A DNA stretch of 42,060 bases from an uncultured Armatimonadia bacterium (GTDB lineage: Bacteria; Armatimonadota; Zipacnadia; Zipacnadales; JABUFB01), in assembly GCA_964639415.1 (NCBI GenBank), contig CAZXDD010000002.1, forward strand, positions 1 through 42,060, written 5' to 3'. Below, piece by piece: positions 1-9,459 of this stretch. Positions within the stretch are counted from its first letter, which is position 1, and the number at the start of each line of letters is the position of its first letter. A program made the position numbers and the translations under genes. Below the pieces are notes generated by a model that saw only the letters and a program-made list of their open reading frames with translations, ran no database searches and had not been told where the DNA came from.

Positions 1-2831
1 CAGACCCCGGCGCTGCCGTCGGCGAAAGACACGTCGGTCAGTGCCCTGGAGAAGGCCTCGGTCCGTGGGGTGCCACCCACGGGTCCCCACTCCTGGCCGT
101 CCTGGGAGACCTCCACCACGTAGTCGTAGAACCGGCTCCCGTCCCAGTATGTCAGCAGCCACACCGAGGCGACCTCCCGCTGCTGTCCCAGATCGAACTG
201 CACCCACGCCGGCAGCGGTCGAGTGCGGTCCGACCACCAGCCATTGCGGGTCTTGTCGAGAATGCCATCATGGGCCTCCGAGACGGGGTGCCCCGGATCG
301 CTGCCGGAGGACGTGACCTCCACCGGCCGAAGCTCGCCGCCATCAGGCCCCAGCACCCGCATCTCCACCACATGCGCACAGCCGTGGTTGCCCTGGCCGC
401 CGGTGATGCGGACCCGGACAAACCGCGCGCCCCGCGGGGCAAAGGCGACGGTGTCGCCCTCGGCGCCGGCGGGAGCCCGCGGAATCCCGAACTGCAGCCA
501 GTCCCCCTGCATCCGCCAGCCCTGCGTTCCGGCCACCAGGGAGCCCAGCTCCACCGGCGTGCCGCCGGCGGTGGCCGTAACGGTTTCGCTCCGCGGCCCC
601 TCGTTGCCCGCCGCATCCACCGCCGACACGGCGTACCGCACCGGCCTGCCCAGCGGGGCGGTGTAGTCCGAGTAGCCCGTGGTCTCTTCCACGGTCGCCA
701 GGGGCGCCGGCTCAGCGCCTTCTCCCCGGTAGACTCGGTACTCCACGATATGGTGCTCATCTGTCGCGGGGCCGAAGTGCAGATCCACCCGGCCGGTCGC
801 GGCTTCCGCCCGCAGGTCGGTAACGGCCGACGGCGGGGTGGTGTCCCGCAGCGCGGAGACCAGGCGCCGGATGCGACCCACGGCCTCCTCGGTGTACGGG
901 GGCAACTCGCCCTGGTACAGCACCACGCCACAGATGTCGTCCGTCGCCAGGGTGGGGAGCTGAATCTCGCCTCCGGTCCACGGGCCAAGCTCCGTCACCT
1001 GCAGGTCCGCGGCCCGGGCGCCACACAGCAGCAGAGCCCTGTACTGCCCCGCGGTGCCCAGTACCCCGGCATCGGGCGTGACTTTGGGGGTGCACGGCTC
1101 GCCGAGGTTCGAGACGGTCAGAAGCAGGAGCTGCGGCGAGCGGCGGTACACGCAGCAGTGCACGTCGGGGCTGTCGGCCGAGGCCGCCGTGGCGGTGGCT
1201 TCCGAGTACAGCGTGGTGTCCCTGTCCATCGGGATCAGCGACAGGACCTGCCAGTACGGAAGCACGAAGTCGGCGGAGCGGTACACACTGCGGTGATAGT
1301 TGTTGTCCTGGTGGGTGCCACGGCCGAACAGGATATGCGGGTAGCTGCCCACCGCGCAGTACACGGCGGCCCCGTGCCTGGTCTGGAAGCTCTCGTATTC
1401 GCACCAGGGATGGACCACGGCGTAGGCCATACCGGTGTGGTAGGCGGCGCCCTGCAGGTCGCGAAGCATCCCGGCGTGGGTGCCGTACTCGCCGGGGAGG
1501 TAGGCGTTGAGGTTCAGGTGGAACAGGGCGTCGGGCGCCCCGCCTCCGGAGTGGCTGATGATGATGCCCTCCTCCCCCACCGCCTCCCTGTAGTGGCGGG
1601 TCAGCAGGAGGTAGTCCAGGCCGGGGAACTCCCGCTCATAGCCGGCCATGCTGCCCCCCGGCTTCATCTCGCGGAAGTGCACCGAGCCGAAATCAAAGTA
1701 GATGCCATCGATGTCCAGGGCCTCGATCCATTCCCGGTTGATCCCCCGCAGGCCGGGGTTGTCGGCCGGCACCGCATACAGCACGCACTTGATCCCGCGC
1801 GCGTGGCAGGAGGCCACCCAGCGCCGCAGATCCGCTTCGTTGAAGGGGGCGTAGTTGCCCCAGCCCTTGTTCCAGTACAGATGCAGCACACAGACGCTCA
1901 CCCCGCAGTCGGCCATGGCCCGGATGGCGGAATCCGAGGGGTAGGTCATCAGGTTCGCATTGCCCTCCTGCCAGTGGGCGATGCGCTGGCCGATGGCGTT
2001 GTCGTTCTGGCGGTAGTGGCCCATGGCGAGGCCAAAGCGGTTGCTGTACGAGAAACCGGGCCCGACGCGCACCGCCCCCCCCAGATGCCAGGAGAAGCAC
2101 TTGGCGCCCGCCTCGTCGGGCGTTACCTCACACCACATGCCCGCACCCGCGTCGCCCCCCAGAGGCTTTTCCTCCTCGAGGAACATCTCCACATGGTTGG
2201 TGAGCATATCCTGTCGCGACAGGGTCGCGCCCATCACCCGGAGGTAGCCCTCGTGGCGCAGGGCCTCATCGCGCGACAGGTTCTCTCCCCCCTGCCAGGT
2301 CTTCTTCCAGCACCACTGCAGGTGGGCAAGCTCCCCCGTGGCCAGACCCATCCCCACCTCCACATCCTGCAGCTCCACCGCGGCCCCGCCCTCGGGCAGC
2401 GCGAGCTCCAGGTCACAGAACACCGCGCCCTCCCCAAAGACCCGGAACCGCTGGGTCAGTGTCAGAGGGCACGGCTCGCCCTCCTCGTCGCGGGGGGCCG
2501 AGCGGACGACGAACACCAGGTCGGTGCCGGTGGTCTCTGCCACCTCCACGGTGGGCTCCTGGGCCAGATCGGCGCGGTACCGCTTGCCATCGACGGCTAT
2601 GGCGACGAACGCGACACCCTGCTGTGGGTCGTCGATGCGGAACTCGCCGGCCCAGTCGGAGAGCGTCACAGCCGCCGGCTGCATCCCCCGGTCGGCCCGC
2701 CATGCGACGCGGAAGCAGTCCCCGGCGACGGAGATCCCGTCGGGAGAGACCTCCGACTGCAGCGGCCTTTGGGCGGTGCAGACCACGGGTACCAGCAGGG
2801 CGAGTACGAGCAGATGAGGGCGACGCGACAT
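1..2831 (-). CDS. Secreted glycoside-hydrolase-like protein with FN3 and C-terminal F5/8 type C (discoidin)-like domains; 3' end runs off the left edge
   Basis: Absent from the ORF track because it is open at the window edge. Reading the minus strand from ATG 2831-2829 gives MSRRPHLLVLALLVPVVCTAQRPL (signal-peptide-like), and the frame stays open to position 3. Hand translation includes VLHLYWNKGWGNYAPFNEADLRRWVASCHARGIKCVLYAVPADNPGL (GH-like TIM-barrel region), IVEYRVYRGE (FN3-like) and SEAHDGILDKTRNGWWSDRTRPLPAWVQFDLGQQREVASVWLLTYWDGSRFYDYVVEVSQDGQEW (discoidin-like). The 923-aa plus-strand ORF 270..3041 is its antisense shadow. Confidence 0.75.
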   Translation of the reverse strand, partial: MSRRPHLLVLALLVPVVCTAQRPLQSEVSPDGISVAGDCFRVAWRADRGMQPAAVTLSDWAGEFRIDDPQQGVAFVAIAVDGKRYRADLAQEPTVEVAETTGTDLVFVVRSAPRDEEGEPCPLTLTQRFRVFGEGAVFCDLELALPEGGAAVELQDVEVGMGLATGELAHLQWCWKKTWQGGENLSRDEALRHEGYLRVMGATLSRQDMLTNHVEMFLEEEKPLGGDAGAGMWCEVTPDEAGAKCFSWHLGGAVRVGPGFSYSNRFGLAMGHYRQNDNAIGQRIAHWQEGNANLMTYPSDSAIRAMADCGVSVCVLHLYWNKGWGNYAPFNEADLRRWVASCHARGIKCVLYAVPADNPGLRGINREWIEALDIDGIYFDFGSVHFREMKPGGSMAGYEREFPGLDYLLLTRHYREAVGEEGIIISHSGGGAPDALFHLNLNAYLPGEYGTHAGMLRDLQGAAYHTGMAYAVVHPWCEYESFQTRHGAAVYCAVGSYPHILFGRGTHQDNNYHRSVYRSADFVLPYWQVLSLIPMDRDTTLYSEATATAASADSPDVHCCVYRRSPQLLLLTVSNLGEPCTPKVTPDAGVLGTAGQYRALLLCGARAADLQVTELGPWTGGEIQLPTLATDDICGVVLYQGELPPYTEEAVGRIRRLVSALRDTTPPSAVTDLRAEAATGRVDLHFGPATDEHHIVEYRVYRGEGAEPAPLATVEETTGYSDYTAPLGRPVRYAVSAVDAAGNEGPRSETVTATAGGTPVELGSLVAGTQGWRMQGDWLQFGIPRAPAGAEGDTVAFAPRGARFVRVRITGGQGNHGCAHVVEMRVLGPDGGELRPVEVTSSGSDPGHPVSEAHDGILDKTRNGWWSDRTRPLPAWVQFDLGQQREVASVWLLTYWDGSRFYDYVVEVSQDGQEWGPVGGTPRTEAFSRALTDVSFADGSAGV

Positions 2832-2994
2832 GGCATGTCTCCTGGGCTCCCTCGTGGAAGCCGGCGAGATCGCACGATGGGACACAGATTACCTCCGGGG
2901 GGCGCGATCTCCTCCCCTTCTGCAGGTCAAGGACGCTTCGCGGAGGAATGTCGTCACCCGGCAGGGACCGAGCATCGCACGCGAGGCGCTCCAC

Positions 2995-3627
2995 ATGGAT
3001 GGACCCAGAACCTGGGATTTCGACGGGTACGACTGGATTGACCGCTACGACGAGTACACGCGCGGGTTGCCCAGGCTGTGCTACGAGCAGGCCATCGCCG
3101 CTCTACCGCGCCTGTGCCGCGCCGAGCCGCAGGATACGGTGCTCGACATCGGTGCAGGCACAGGGAACTTTGCCGTTCCGTTCCTCGAGGCGGGCTGCAC
3201 CGTGTTGGCCATCGACCCGTCTGAGCGGATGCTGAGACGGGCGCAGGACAAGGTGGCCCGATATGGAAGGCGGCTGTGTGTGCAGCACGTGGACGACGCG
3301 TTCCTGCGCCTACTTCTGGATGATAGGCGGTTCCACATCGCCTTCGCCGCCTACGCCATCCACCACCTCGACGACTGTGCCAAACGGCAGGCCATTCGTG
3401 GCATGCGCTCGTGCCTGAGGCCCGAGGGCAGAATCGTCATCGTGGACACGATGTTCGCCGACGAGGCCCACAAGGCCCGCATGCTGGCGACAGACGATAC
3501 GCTCGAGGACGAGTACCACCCGCTGCTGAGCACCTTCCCCGCCATGGTGGCGGAAGAGGGCCTTGCCGTGGAGCTGACGCAGATCGGCCCACTGGTATGG
3601 GTGCTGGCGGGGACGCGCGATGCGTAG
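2995..3627 (+). CDS. Class I SAM-dependent methyltransferase
   Basis: Track ORF 2830..3627 trimmed to ATG 2995 (MDGPRTWDFDGYDW...). It has SAM-binding motif I (VLDIGAGTGNFAVPF) followed by the acidic loop LAIDPSERML, then RPEGRIVIVD. The start choice is uncertain because no strong SD is seen. Confidence 0.8.
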   Translation: MDGPRTWDFDGYDWIDRYDEYTRGLPRLCYEQAIAALPRLCRAEPQDTVLDIGAGTGNFAVPFLEAGCTVLAIDPSERMLRRAQDKVARYGRRLCVQHVDDAFLRLLLDDRRFHIAFAAYAIHHLDDCAKRQAIRGMRSCLRPEGRIVIVDTMFADEAHKARMLATDDTLEDEYHPLLSTFPAMVAEEGLAVELTQIGPLVWVLAGTRDA

Positions 3628-3694
3628 CGGGATCGCCACCGGGTGCCGCCCCCGATCTGCCGCCGCCACGCCACGACAAAGAAGGAGCCCACCG

Positions 3695-4819
3695 ATGGAG
3701 ATCATCAGTTCAGGCACTGTGTACTCCGGCGCCGACGACCCGCGGCGCCAAAGCTGCGCCTTCCCGGGGGTCTGTGTGCTCCCGGACGGGCGGTGGCTCT
3801 GCAGCTTCCGAGCCGCACCCACCAAGACCGGAACCCGCGGGCAGCACACGCCCCTCACCTGGTCCGATGACCTCGGCGCCACCTGGCACGAGCCGCTGGA
3901 GCCCTTCGCGCCCCCACCCGTCGACGGCAAGCCGGGCCTGTTCCGCGCCGGCTATCTCACGCCCCTGGGCGGCGACGAGGTCCTGGCCACGCTCTACTGG
4001 GTCGACCACTCCGATCCCGACAAGCCCTTCTTCAACCAGGCCACCGAGGGACTGCTGGATTCCCGCCTGATGCTGTCGCGCTCCTGCGACCGTGGCGAGA
4101 CGTGGACGGCCCCGGAGCCCATCGATACCTCTCCCTTCCACATGCCCACCCCCATCACCGGCCCGACGCTACTGCTGCCCGATGGCCAATGGGCCTGCCA
4201 GTTCGAGCTGAACAAGGCGTACGACGACGCCTCACAGTGGCGGCACCATTCGGTCCTGCTGTTCTCAGCCGACGGCGGTAGGACATGGCCGCGCCACACC
4301 CACAGCAGCGGCGACCCGGCCAACCGCGTCTTCTACTGGGACCAGCGGCCCAACGTGCTTTCCGACGGGCGGATACTCGATCTGTTCTGGACCTACGACA
4401 CCCACGAGGCGCTATACCTGAACATCCACGCCAGGGAGTCCGTGGACAAAGGACGCACGTGGTCGGGGATGTGGGATACAGGAGTGCCGGGCCAGCCGGC
4501 CCAGCCGGTACCGCTGCGCCACGGAGCCATCGCCATGGTCTACGTGGACCGGACAGGGGCGCCGGAGATCAAGCTTCGAGTCAGCCAGGACGGCGGCCGC
4601 ACCTGGCCGCGCGAGACCGAGGGCGTGATCGCCCGCCCCAAGCTGGATGTCCAGTCCACCACCAAGGACACGATGCAGGACACCTGGGCGGAGATGGAGC
4701 AGTTCTCCCTGGGGCTGCCGGCCGCCACGGCCCTGGAGGACGGCACACTGTTGGTTGTGTACTACCAGGGTCCCCACATGGACCGCACGCAGGTCATGTG
4801 GGCCCGTGTGGCGGTGTGA
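3695..4819 (+). CDS. BNR/Asp-box repeat protein, sialidase (exo-alpha-sialidase)-like beta-propeller
   Basis: Track ORF 3620..4819 trimmed to ATG 3695, with GAAGGAG 7 nt upstream. Five Asp-box motifs (S-x-D-x-G-x-T-W) are present: SDDLGATW, SCDRGETW, SADGGRTW, SVDKGRTW, SQDGGRTW. No obvious signal peptide. Confidence 0.85.
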   Translation: MEIISSGTVYSGADDPRRQSCAFPGVCVLPDGRWLCSFRAAPTKTGTRGQHTPLTWSDDLGATWHEPLEPFAPPPVDGKPGLFRAGYLTPLGGDEVLATLYWVDHSDPDKPFFNQATEGLLDSRLMLSRSCDRGETWTAPEPIDTSPFHMPTPITGPTLLLPDGQWACQFELNKAYDDASQWRHHSVLLFSADGGRTWPRHTHSSGDPANRVFYWDQRPNVLSDGRILDLFWTYDTHEALYLNIHARESVDKGRTWSGMWDTGVPGQPAQPVPLRHGAIAMVYVDRTGAPEIKLRVSQDGGRTWPRETEGVIARPKLDVQSTTKDTMQDTWAEMEQFSLGLPAATALEDGTLLVVYYQGPHMDRTQVMWARVAV

Positions 4820-4896
4820 GCGCAACGGCGCTTCGCCTGTCCCGGTGTGGGTTCCGCATGCGCCTCCGGCCTCCGGGGCCTGCCCGCAGGCCGGCA

Positions 4897-7800
4897 CTAC
4901 TCTGTCTCCAGCTCCCCCAGCAGCCGCCTGATACGCAGCGCCTGCCCGGCCACCCTGCTGCGCTGTGCCAAGATGACGTCGGGCTCCGAGGTGAAGTGGG
5001 TCAGATCAGCGACGACGTTCGTGGACACGTTCGTCAGGTGCATGGCCTCATCGACGATGAAGCCGTACTTGCCCGACTTGTCCTTTGCTTTCAGCTCGCG
5101 GGCGAGCGTCTCCAGCAATACGAGCAGTTCGTAGTCTTCGATCCCATCGCGCACGACCTCCAGGCGCAGGCTGGGCAGGGGGGTGCAGTTGGGCCCCGGG
5201 TAGATCAAGAGCCCGTCACCGTTGTAGCCCCCGAAGGTGAAGGTGTTCCAGGGCACCTGGGGCCAGCGCTTCCCCTCCTTGATGGCCTCCAGGGCCACCG
5301 GGTCTTCGTGCACGACCATGGACGGGTCGCCCAGGTCCTCCCACACCATGTTGGAGGCCCACATGGCCACCTCGTAGTAGAAGAAGCCCGTCACCCCGTA
5401 CTTGTGGGCGGCCCAGAACATCACCCGGGCGTCTGTGGCGGGGTAGTCGATGAACAGGTTCGGGTAGGGATGACGCGGGCCGCAGCAGACGTACCACCAC
5501 ACATCGTCTCCCAGATAGCGGCGGCGCTGAGCGCTCTGGTGGTCGTAATCCGACAGCAGGGTCCCCCAGCGGTTCACGTATCCCCACAGGGGCTTGGTTG
5601 GCGACACGGGGCAGGCCCTGCGCACCCCGGGGAGCCGCTTGCGGGCCCGGTCAAACGCTTCGGCCGCGCTGCGCACTCCGTCGGGAAGCAGGCTGCCGAA
5701 GCCAAACAGGTACGCGTCCTGAAGCAACCCGCGCTCTCGCAGGGCCAGAGCGTCGGCCGTCAGTGAGGCGATCCGCTCGGGATCGGCGCTGCCGAGGCTT
5801 CCGAGGCTGATGGCGTTCATGCCGTTCTCGCGGCACCAGGCGGCATCCTCGACAGGCGGCCAGATACGCTCCTCGTACAGCCCGGCCGGGTTCACGCGGT
5901 TATCCAGGAGCACCTTGTGGAAGCGCCGCCGCACCTCGGGCCCGGGGTCTCCGCGCAGGCCGTACCACTGGCTCACATCACCCCCGAAGACCATGCCGAA
6001 GCCCGTCTGGAACTTGCCGCGCAAAGGCAGGGTGAGGTCCCAGACGTTCACCGTCAGGACGACCACCTGAGTGCCCTCGGCCTCGGCGCTGACCAGAATC
6101 TTGCCCCGGTACAGGCCGGGCTCCGCGTCGGCGGGCACGCTGACGGTCACCCACAGGGGCTGAACCTCGCCGGCGGGGAGAGTGAACGGCTCCGGCGGCA
6201 GGAGAGGGTCCGGCCAACGCCCCACACGTTCCACCGGATAGACGGGGCGCCGAGTCTCCACGTAGCCCGCGCGGCTGACGGCGACGCTCTCCCGCGGGAT
6301 CGTGGCACCGTCGTCTCTGTGCAGGCCCGTCCAGTCCACCGCCACGTTCCGCACGACTTGCCCCAGGGAGGCGACGATAACCTGGCCCGACTCCCGCTCG
6401 CGCCGGGCAGACAAGAGCGCAAGCTCGCGGCTCTGGCTGTACTCCCAGTCGTCGGGCGGGACCTTGCGCAGCGCACTCTCAGTGCCGAGGGAGAAGCCGG
6501 GCAGCGCCGCGTGACCCGAGCGGGCCAGGTGGCACTTGTGCTCCAGAGCGCGGGCGGCCCGCGCCAGATTGCGGGCGTGTTGGTACTGCTCCTGCCAGGC
6601 GGTGGCCCTGTCGGCCCCCCGGGCCACAGCCCGCTTCACGGCCTCCAAGGTAGCTTCCGTATCCTCCGCCAGCCATCCAATGTCTCTCTTCAGCAGCTCC
6701 CGTAGCTCCTCGGGCTCCAGCGAGCCGCACTCCCGACGCAGCTTTGCCAGACGCGCCTCCACGCCGTTCAGCAGGCCCGAGAGCGCCGGTATGTCGAAGG
6801 CCACCGGAGGCGAGGCATAGTAGGTCTGCGCGCCGTCTGAGGAGTCAACCACCAGGCGCACCGCACCCCGCCCCTCCGAGGTGATCTCGTATCCCCAGGC
6901 GGCCGCCACGTCGCCGGAGAGCGGCACCGGCAGCTTGGGGAACACCTCATCGCCCCGTATCGCCTGCAGCTCGGCAACACAGGGCTCGGCGACGACGCCG
7001 ATGCAGAGACGGAACTCATTGCGCCCGATGAAGGGGCCGGGAATGTCGATGCCGGTGACCACCGGTCCGTCGGACCACAGCAGGCTGCCGAAGTTCGCGA
7101 ACTCATGGAAGCTCGCGTCCAGCGGTGCCCACGACGACCACTCCCCATGGGCGCGCTCGGCCCGGCCGACGTTGAAGGACCACACTCCACCGGTGGGGGA
7201 AGATCCGGTCAAAGGCGCGAAGGGAAGTGCAACCTCGCAGGTCCAGCGGTCCTCCAGGTGCCGCGTGGCACTCCGGATCTCGCCATCCCAGTTGGGTTGG
7301 CGATCCTGGGCGGCCTCGCGCACCGACTCGTCGAGCACCACATTGGCGGCCGTGACGACGACGTGGTAATACTGGTTGCGCGGGTCGTCGGGGGCGATGA
7401 ACAGGTGGACACAGTCATCGGCCCAGGCCCGTGGATCATCGCTCTCGGAGGCGTCCACACATACATTGGCCATGTCCGCTTCATAGCACTCGAAGGACAC
7501 GAAGAGGCATTCGGCGGCCCTGACGGCCCGGCAGTGGGTGGTCTGGGTGGGCACGTCATGAGTGGCCACGTTGACAAACGGCCCCAGCATGGCGGCCTGC
7601 CGCCAGACCGGGTCGGAGAGGTCGCCGTCCACCATCGGCTCCGCCGCTCCTACGGGGCAGACGGCCACGGGCGCGAAGGGCGCGGGCGTACCTGTCGTCC
7701 GGGCGGACAGTGCCGGGGACAAAAGGAGCAGCAGGCAGCCCAGCAGCGCCGCCGTCCGGTGCAGCTCCGCGCGCTGCAGGGGACAAGTGCGGGCATGTGC

Positions 7801-7938
7801 GGCCCCCGGGGCGGAGCCATCCGGACGGCCCCGCCGTCCCCCGCGGCCGATCCCTCGCGGCCGGCCCCGCTCATCTGTGCGGGCAGGGGCCGGTCGCTGT
7901 GGCAGCGAATACTGATTGTCTACGAGACAGTTCATCAT
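4897..7938 (-). CDS. Secreted DUF4091-like glycoside-hydrolase-like protein with N-terminal CBM9/DOMON-like module
   Basis: 1013-aa ORF. A signal-like hydrophobic stretch (HRTAALLGCLLLLLSPALSA) lies about 60 aa after the ATG. A CBM9-like module follows (MVDGDLSDPVWRQA...LFVSFECYE...VHLFIAPD). The C-terminal region (WWYVCCGPRHPYPNLFIDYPATDARVMFWAAHKYGVTGFFYYEV) resembles DUF4091. The true start is uncertain: between the double ATG at 7938 and the hydrophobic stretch there is no in-frame ATG, GTG or TTG, only CTG. Confidence 0.75.
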   Translation of the reverse strand: MMNCLVDNQYSLPQRPAPARTDERGRPRGIGRGGRRGRPDGSAPGAAHARTCPLQRAELHRTAALLGCLLLLLSPALSARTTGTPAPFAPVAVCPVGAAEPMVDGDLSDPVWRQAAMLGPFVNVATHDVPTQTTHCRAVRAAECLFVSFECYEADMANVCVDASESDDPRAWADDCVHLFIAPDDPRNQYYHVVVTAANVVLDESVREAAQDRQPNWDGEIRSATRHLEDRWTCEVALPFAPLTGSSPTGGVWSFNVGRAERAHGEWSSWAPLDASFHEFANFGSLLWSDGPVVTGIDIPGPFIGRNEFRLCIGVVAEPCVAELQAIRGDEVFPKLPVPLSGDVAAAWGYEITSEGRGAVRLVVDSSDGAQTYYASPPVAFDIPALSGLLNGVEARLAKLRRECGSLEPEELRELLKRDIGWLAEDTEATLEAVKRAVARGADRATAWQEQYQHARNLARAARALEHKCHLARSGHAALPGFSLGTESALRKVPPDDWEYSQSRELALLSARRERESGQVIVASLGQVVRNVAVDWTGLHRDDGATIPRESVAVSRAGYVETRRPVYPVERVGRWPDPLLPPEPFTLPAGEVQPLWVTVSVPADAEPGLYRGKILVSAEAEGTQVVVLTVNVWDLTLPLRGKFQTGFGMVFGGDVSQWYGLRGDPGPEVRRRFHKVLLDNRVNPAGLYEERIWPPVEDAAWCRENGMNAISLGSLGSADPERIASLTADALALRERGLLQDAYLFGFGSLLPDGVRSAAEAFDRARKRLPGVRRACPVSPTKPLWGYVNRWGTLLSDYDHQSAQRRRYLGDDVWWYVCCGPRHPYPNLFIDYPATDARVMFWAAHKYGVTGFFYYEVAMWASNMVWEDLGDPSMVVHEDPVALEAIKEGKRWPQVPWNTFTFGGYNGDGLLIYPGPNCTPLPSLRLEVVRDGIEDYELLVLLETLARELKAKDKSGKYGFIVDEAMHLTNVSTNVVADLTHFTSEPDVILAQRSRVAGQALRIRRLLGELETE

Positions 7939-7955
7939 GAAGTTGGTGATTTCTC

Positions 7956-9305
7956 TTGCTCTCCGACATTCGCCTTCTCGATATCGAGCCCATCTTCAGC
8001 CAGGAGCAATTCCGGGTGCCGCTGAAGTTCGGCACCGGCGTCATCACGGCCATCACCTCGATGACGGTGCGCGCCGTCGTGGAGAACCGCGCCGGCGCCA
8101 CCACCGAGGGCTTTGGCAACATCCTGCTCAGCGACACATGGGGGTTCCCCAGCGCCACTCTGTCCCATGAGGTCCGCGACCGCGCCATGCGACAGGTCGG
8201 CGAGCGGTTCTGTCGTCTGCTGCTGGAGAGCGCGCGCTTCGGCCACCCCATCGAGCTGTACATGGATGCCAAGACCGAACTTCAGGACCTGGCGGCGGAG
8301 GTGGACGCGGAGCTGGGCCTCGCCGAGCCCATGCCGCTCCTGGCGGCCCTGGTCTGCGCCAGTCCGACAGACGCCGCTTTGCACGACGCCTTCGGCAGGG
8401 CCAACGGCATCTGCTCCTACGACGGGTACGGTCCCGAGTTCATCGAATGCGACCTCAGCCGGTGGTGTGGGCCCCGGTTCGCCGGCAAGTACGTCTCGGA
8501 CTACATCCACGGTTCCTACAAGCCGTCGCTGCCCATCTTCCATCTCGTGGGCGGTATGGACAAGCTCACCGCGGCCGAGCTCGACTCAAGCGACCCCGCC
8601 GACGGCATGCCGGTCAGCCTCGACCAGTGGATCCGCCGCGACGGTCTGCGCTGCTTCAAGGTCAAGCTCCGCGGCACGGACATCGACTGGGATGTGCAGC
8701 GCACCGCGCACGTGGCGGAGGTCATCCAGGCCACCTACGCCCAACTGGGCATCTCCGATGCCTTCTACCTCTCCACCGACTCCAACGAGATGAACGAGAG
8801 CCCCGAGACGGTGCTGGAGTACCTGGAGAAGCTCCGCGCCCTCTCCCCCATGGCCTTCGACCGCCTGCTGTACCTCGAGCAGCCCACGGAGCGCGATCTG
8901 AGCGTGCACCGGTTCGACATGTACGAGGTGGCCAGGATCAAGCCGGTGGTGGTGGACGAGGGCGTCACCGATGTGGACAAGCTGGAGCTGGCCGCGGAGC
9001 TGGGGTGGTCCGGGGTCGGCCTCAAGACGTGCAAGGGGCACTCCTCGTCGCTGCTGTATGTCGCAAAGGCCGCCGAGTCGGGCCTATGCCTGACGGTGCA
9101 GGACCTCACCAATCCCGGCCGCTCCCTGGTGCACTCGGTGGGCCTGGCGGCGCGGGTGAATACCCTGATGGGCGTGGAGTGCAACTCGCGCCAGTTTCTC
9201 CCCGGCGCCGAGCCCGAGCTGCAGGCCAAACACCGCACGCTGTTCATGCCACAGGAGGGCCTTGTGTACACCGCGACCATCGGCGAGACGGGATTGGGGT
9301 ATTGA
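7956..9305 (+). CDS. Enolase-superfamily enzyme (mandelate racemase / muconate lactonizing enzyme-like)
   Basis: 449-aa ORF with a TTG start. Residues occur in the order expected for the MLE subgroup: K-x-K (FKVKLRG), metal ligands D (LSTDSNE), E (LYLEQP) and D/E (VVVDEG), and a second catalytic Lys (GLKTCKGH). Specific substrate unknown. Confidence 0.8.
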   Translation: MLSDIRLLDIEPIFSQEQFRVPLKFGTGVITAITSMTVRAVVENRAGATTEGFGNILLSDTWGFPSATLSHEVRDRAMRQVGERFCRLLLESARFGHPIELYMDAKTELQDLAAEVDAELGLAEPMPLLAALVCASPTDAALHDAFGRANGICSYDGYGPEFIECDLSRWCGPRFAGKYVSDYIHGSYKPSLPIFHLVGGMDKLTAAELDSSDPADGMPVSLDQWIRRDGLRCFKVKLRGTDIDWDVQRTAHVAEVIQATYAQLGISDAFYLSTDSNEMNESPETVLEYLEKLRALSPMAFDRLLYLEQPTERDLSVHRFDMYEVARIKPVVVDEGVTDVDKLELAAELGWSGVGLKTCKGHSSSLLYVAKAAESGLCLTVQDLTNPGRSLVHSVGLAARVNTLMGVECNSRQFLPGAEPELQAKHRTLFMPQEGLVYTATIGETGLGY

Positions 9306-9459
9306 CAAGCATGCTTAGTATACTCCATCCTAAATAGCTACGCTGCTGGTCACCGTGCTGCCAGCAATCACCGGTACCGGTGGCCCATACAGCAAGACCC
9401 TCTGAGCCCTGCGCACCCGCGTACCTCTCGGAGAGATGATTTCGCAAGGGGGATAGCCC

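Noticed and set aside
270-3041. 923-aa plus-strand ORF, the longest ORF at the left end of the track
   Set aside because: Its translation is rich in V/H/G/R/Q, typical of the antisense frame of a high-GC gene, and has no recognisable motifs. The opposite strand encodes a coherent signal-peptide/GH-like/FN3/discoidin protein (1..2831) that the track omits because it is open at the window edge.
9302-9340. Sigma-70-like promoter for pckA (TTGACA at 9302-9307, overlapping the upstream stop codon, plus the palindrome AAGCATGCTT)
   Set aside because: No -10-like hexamer lies at 16-18 bp spacing: TATACT is 11 bp away and TAAATA is 23 bp away. The region is AT-richer and probably does hold the promoter, but I cannot place it.
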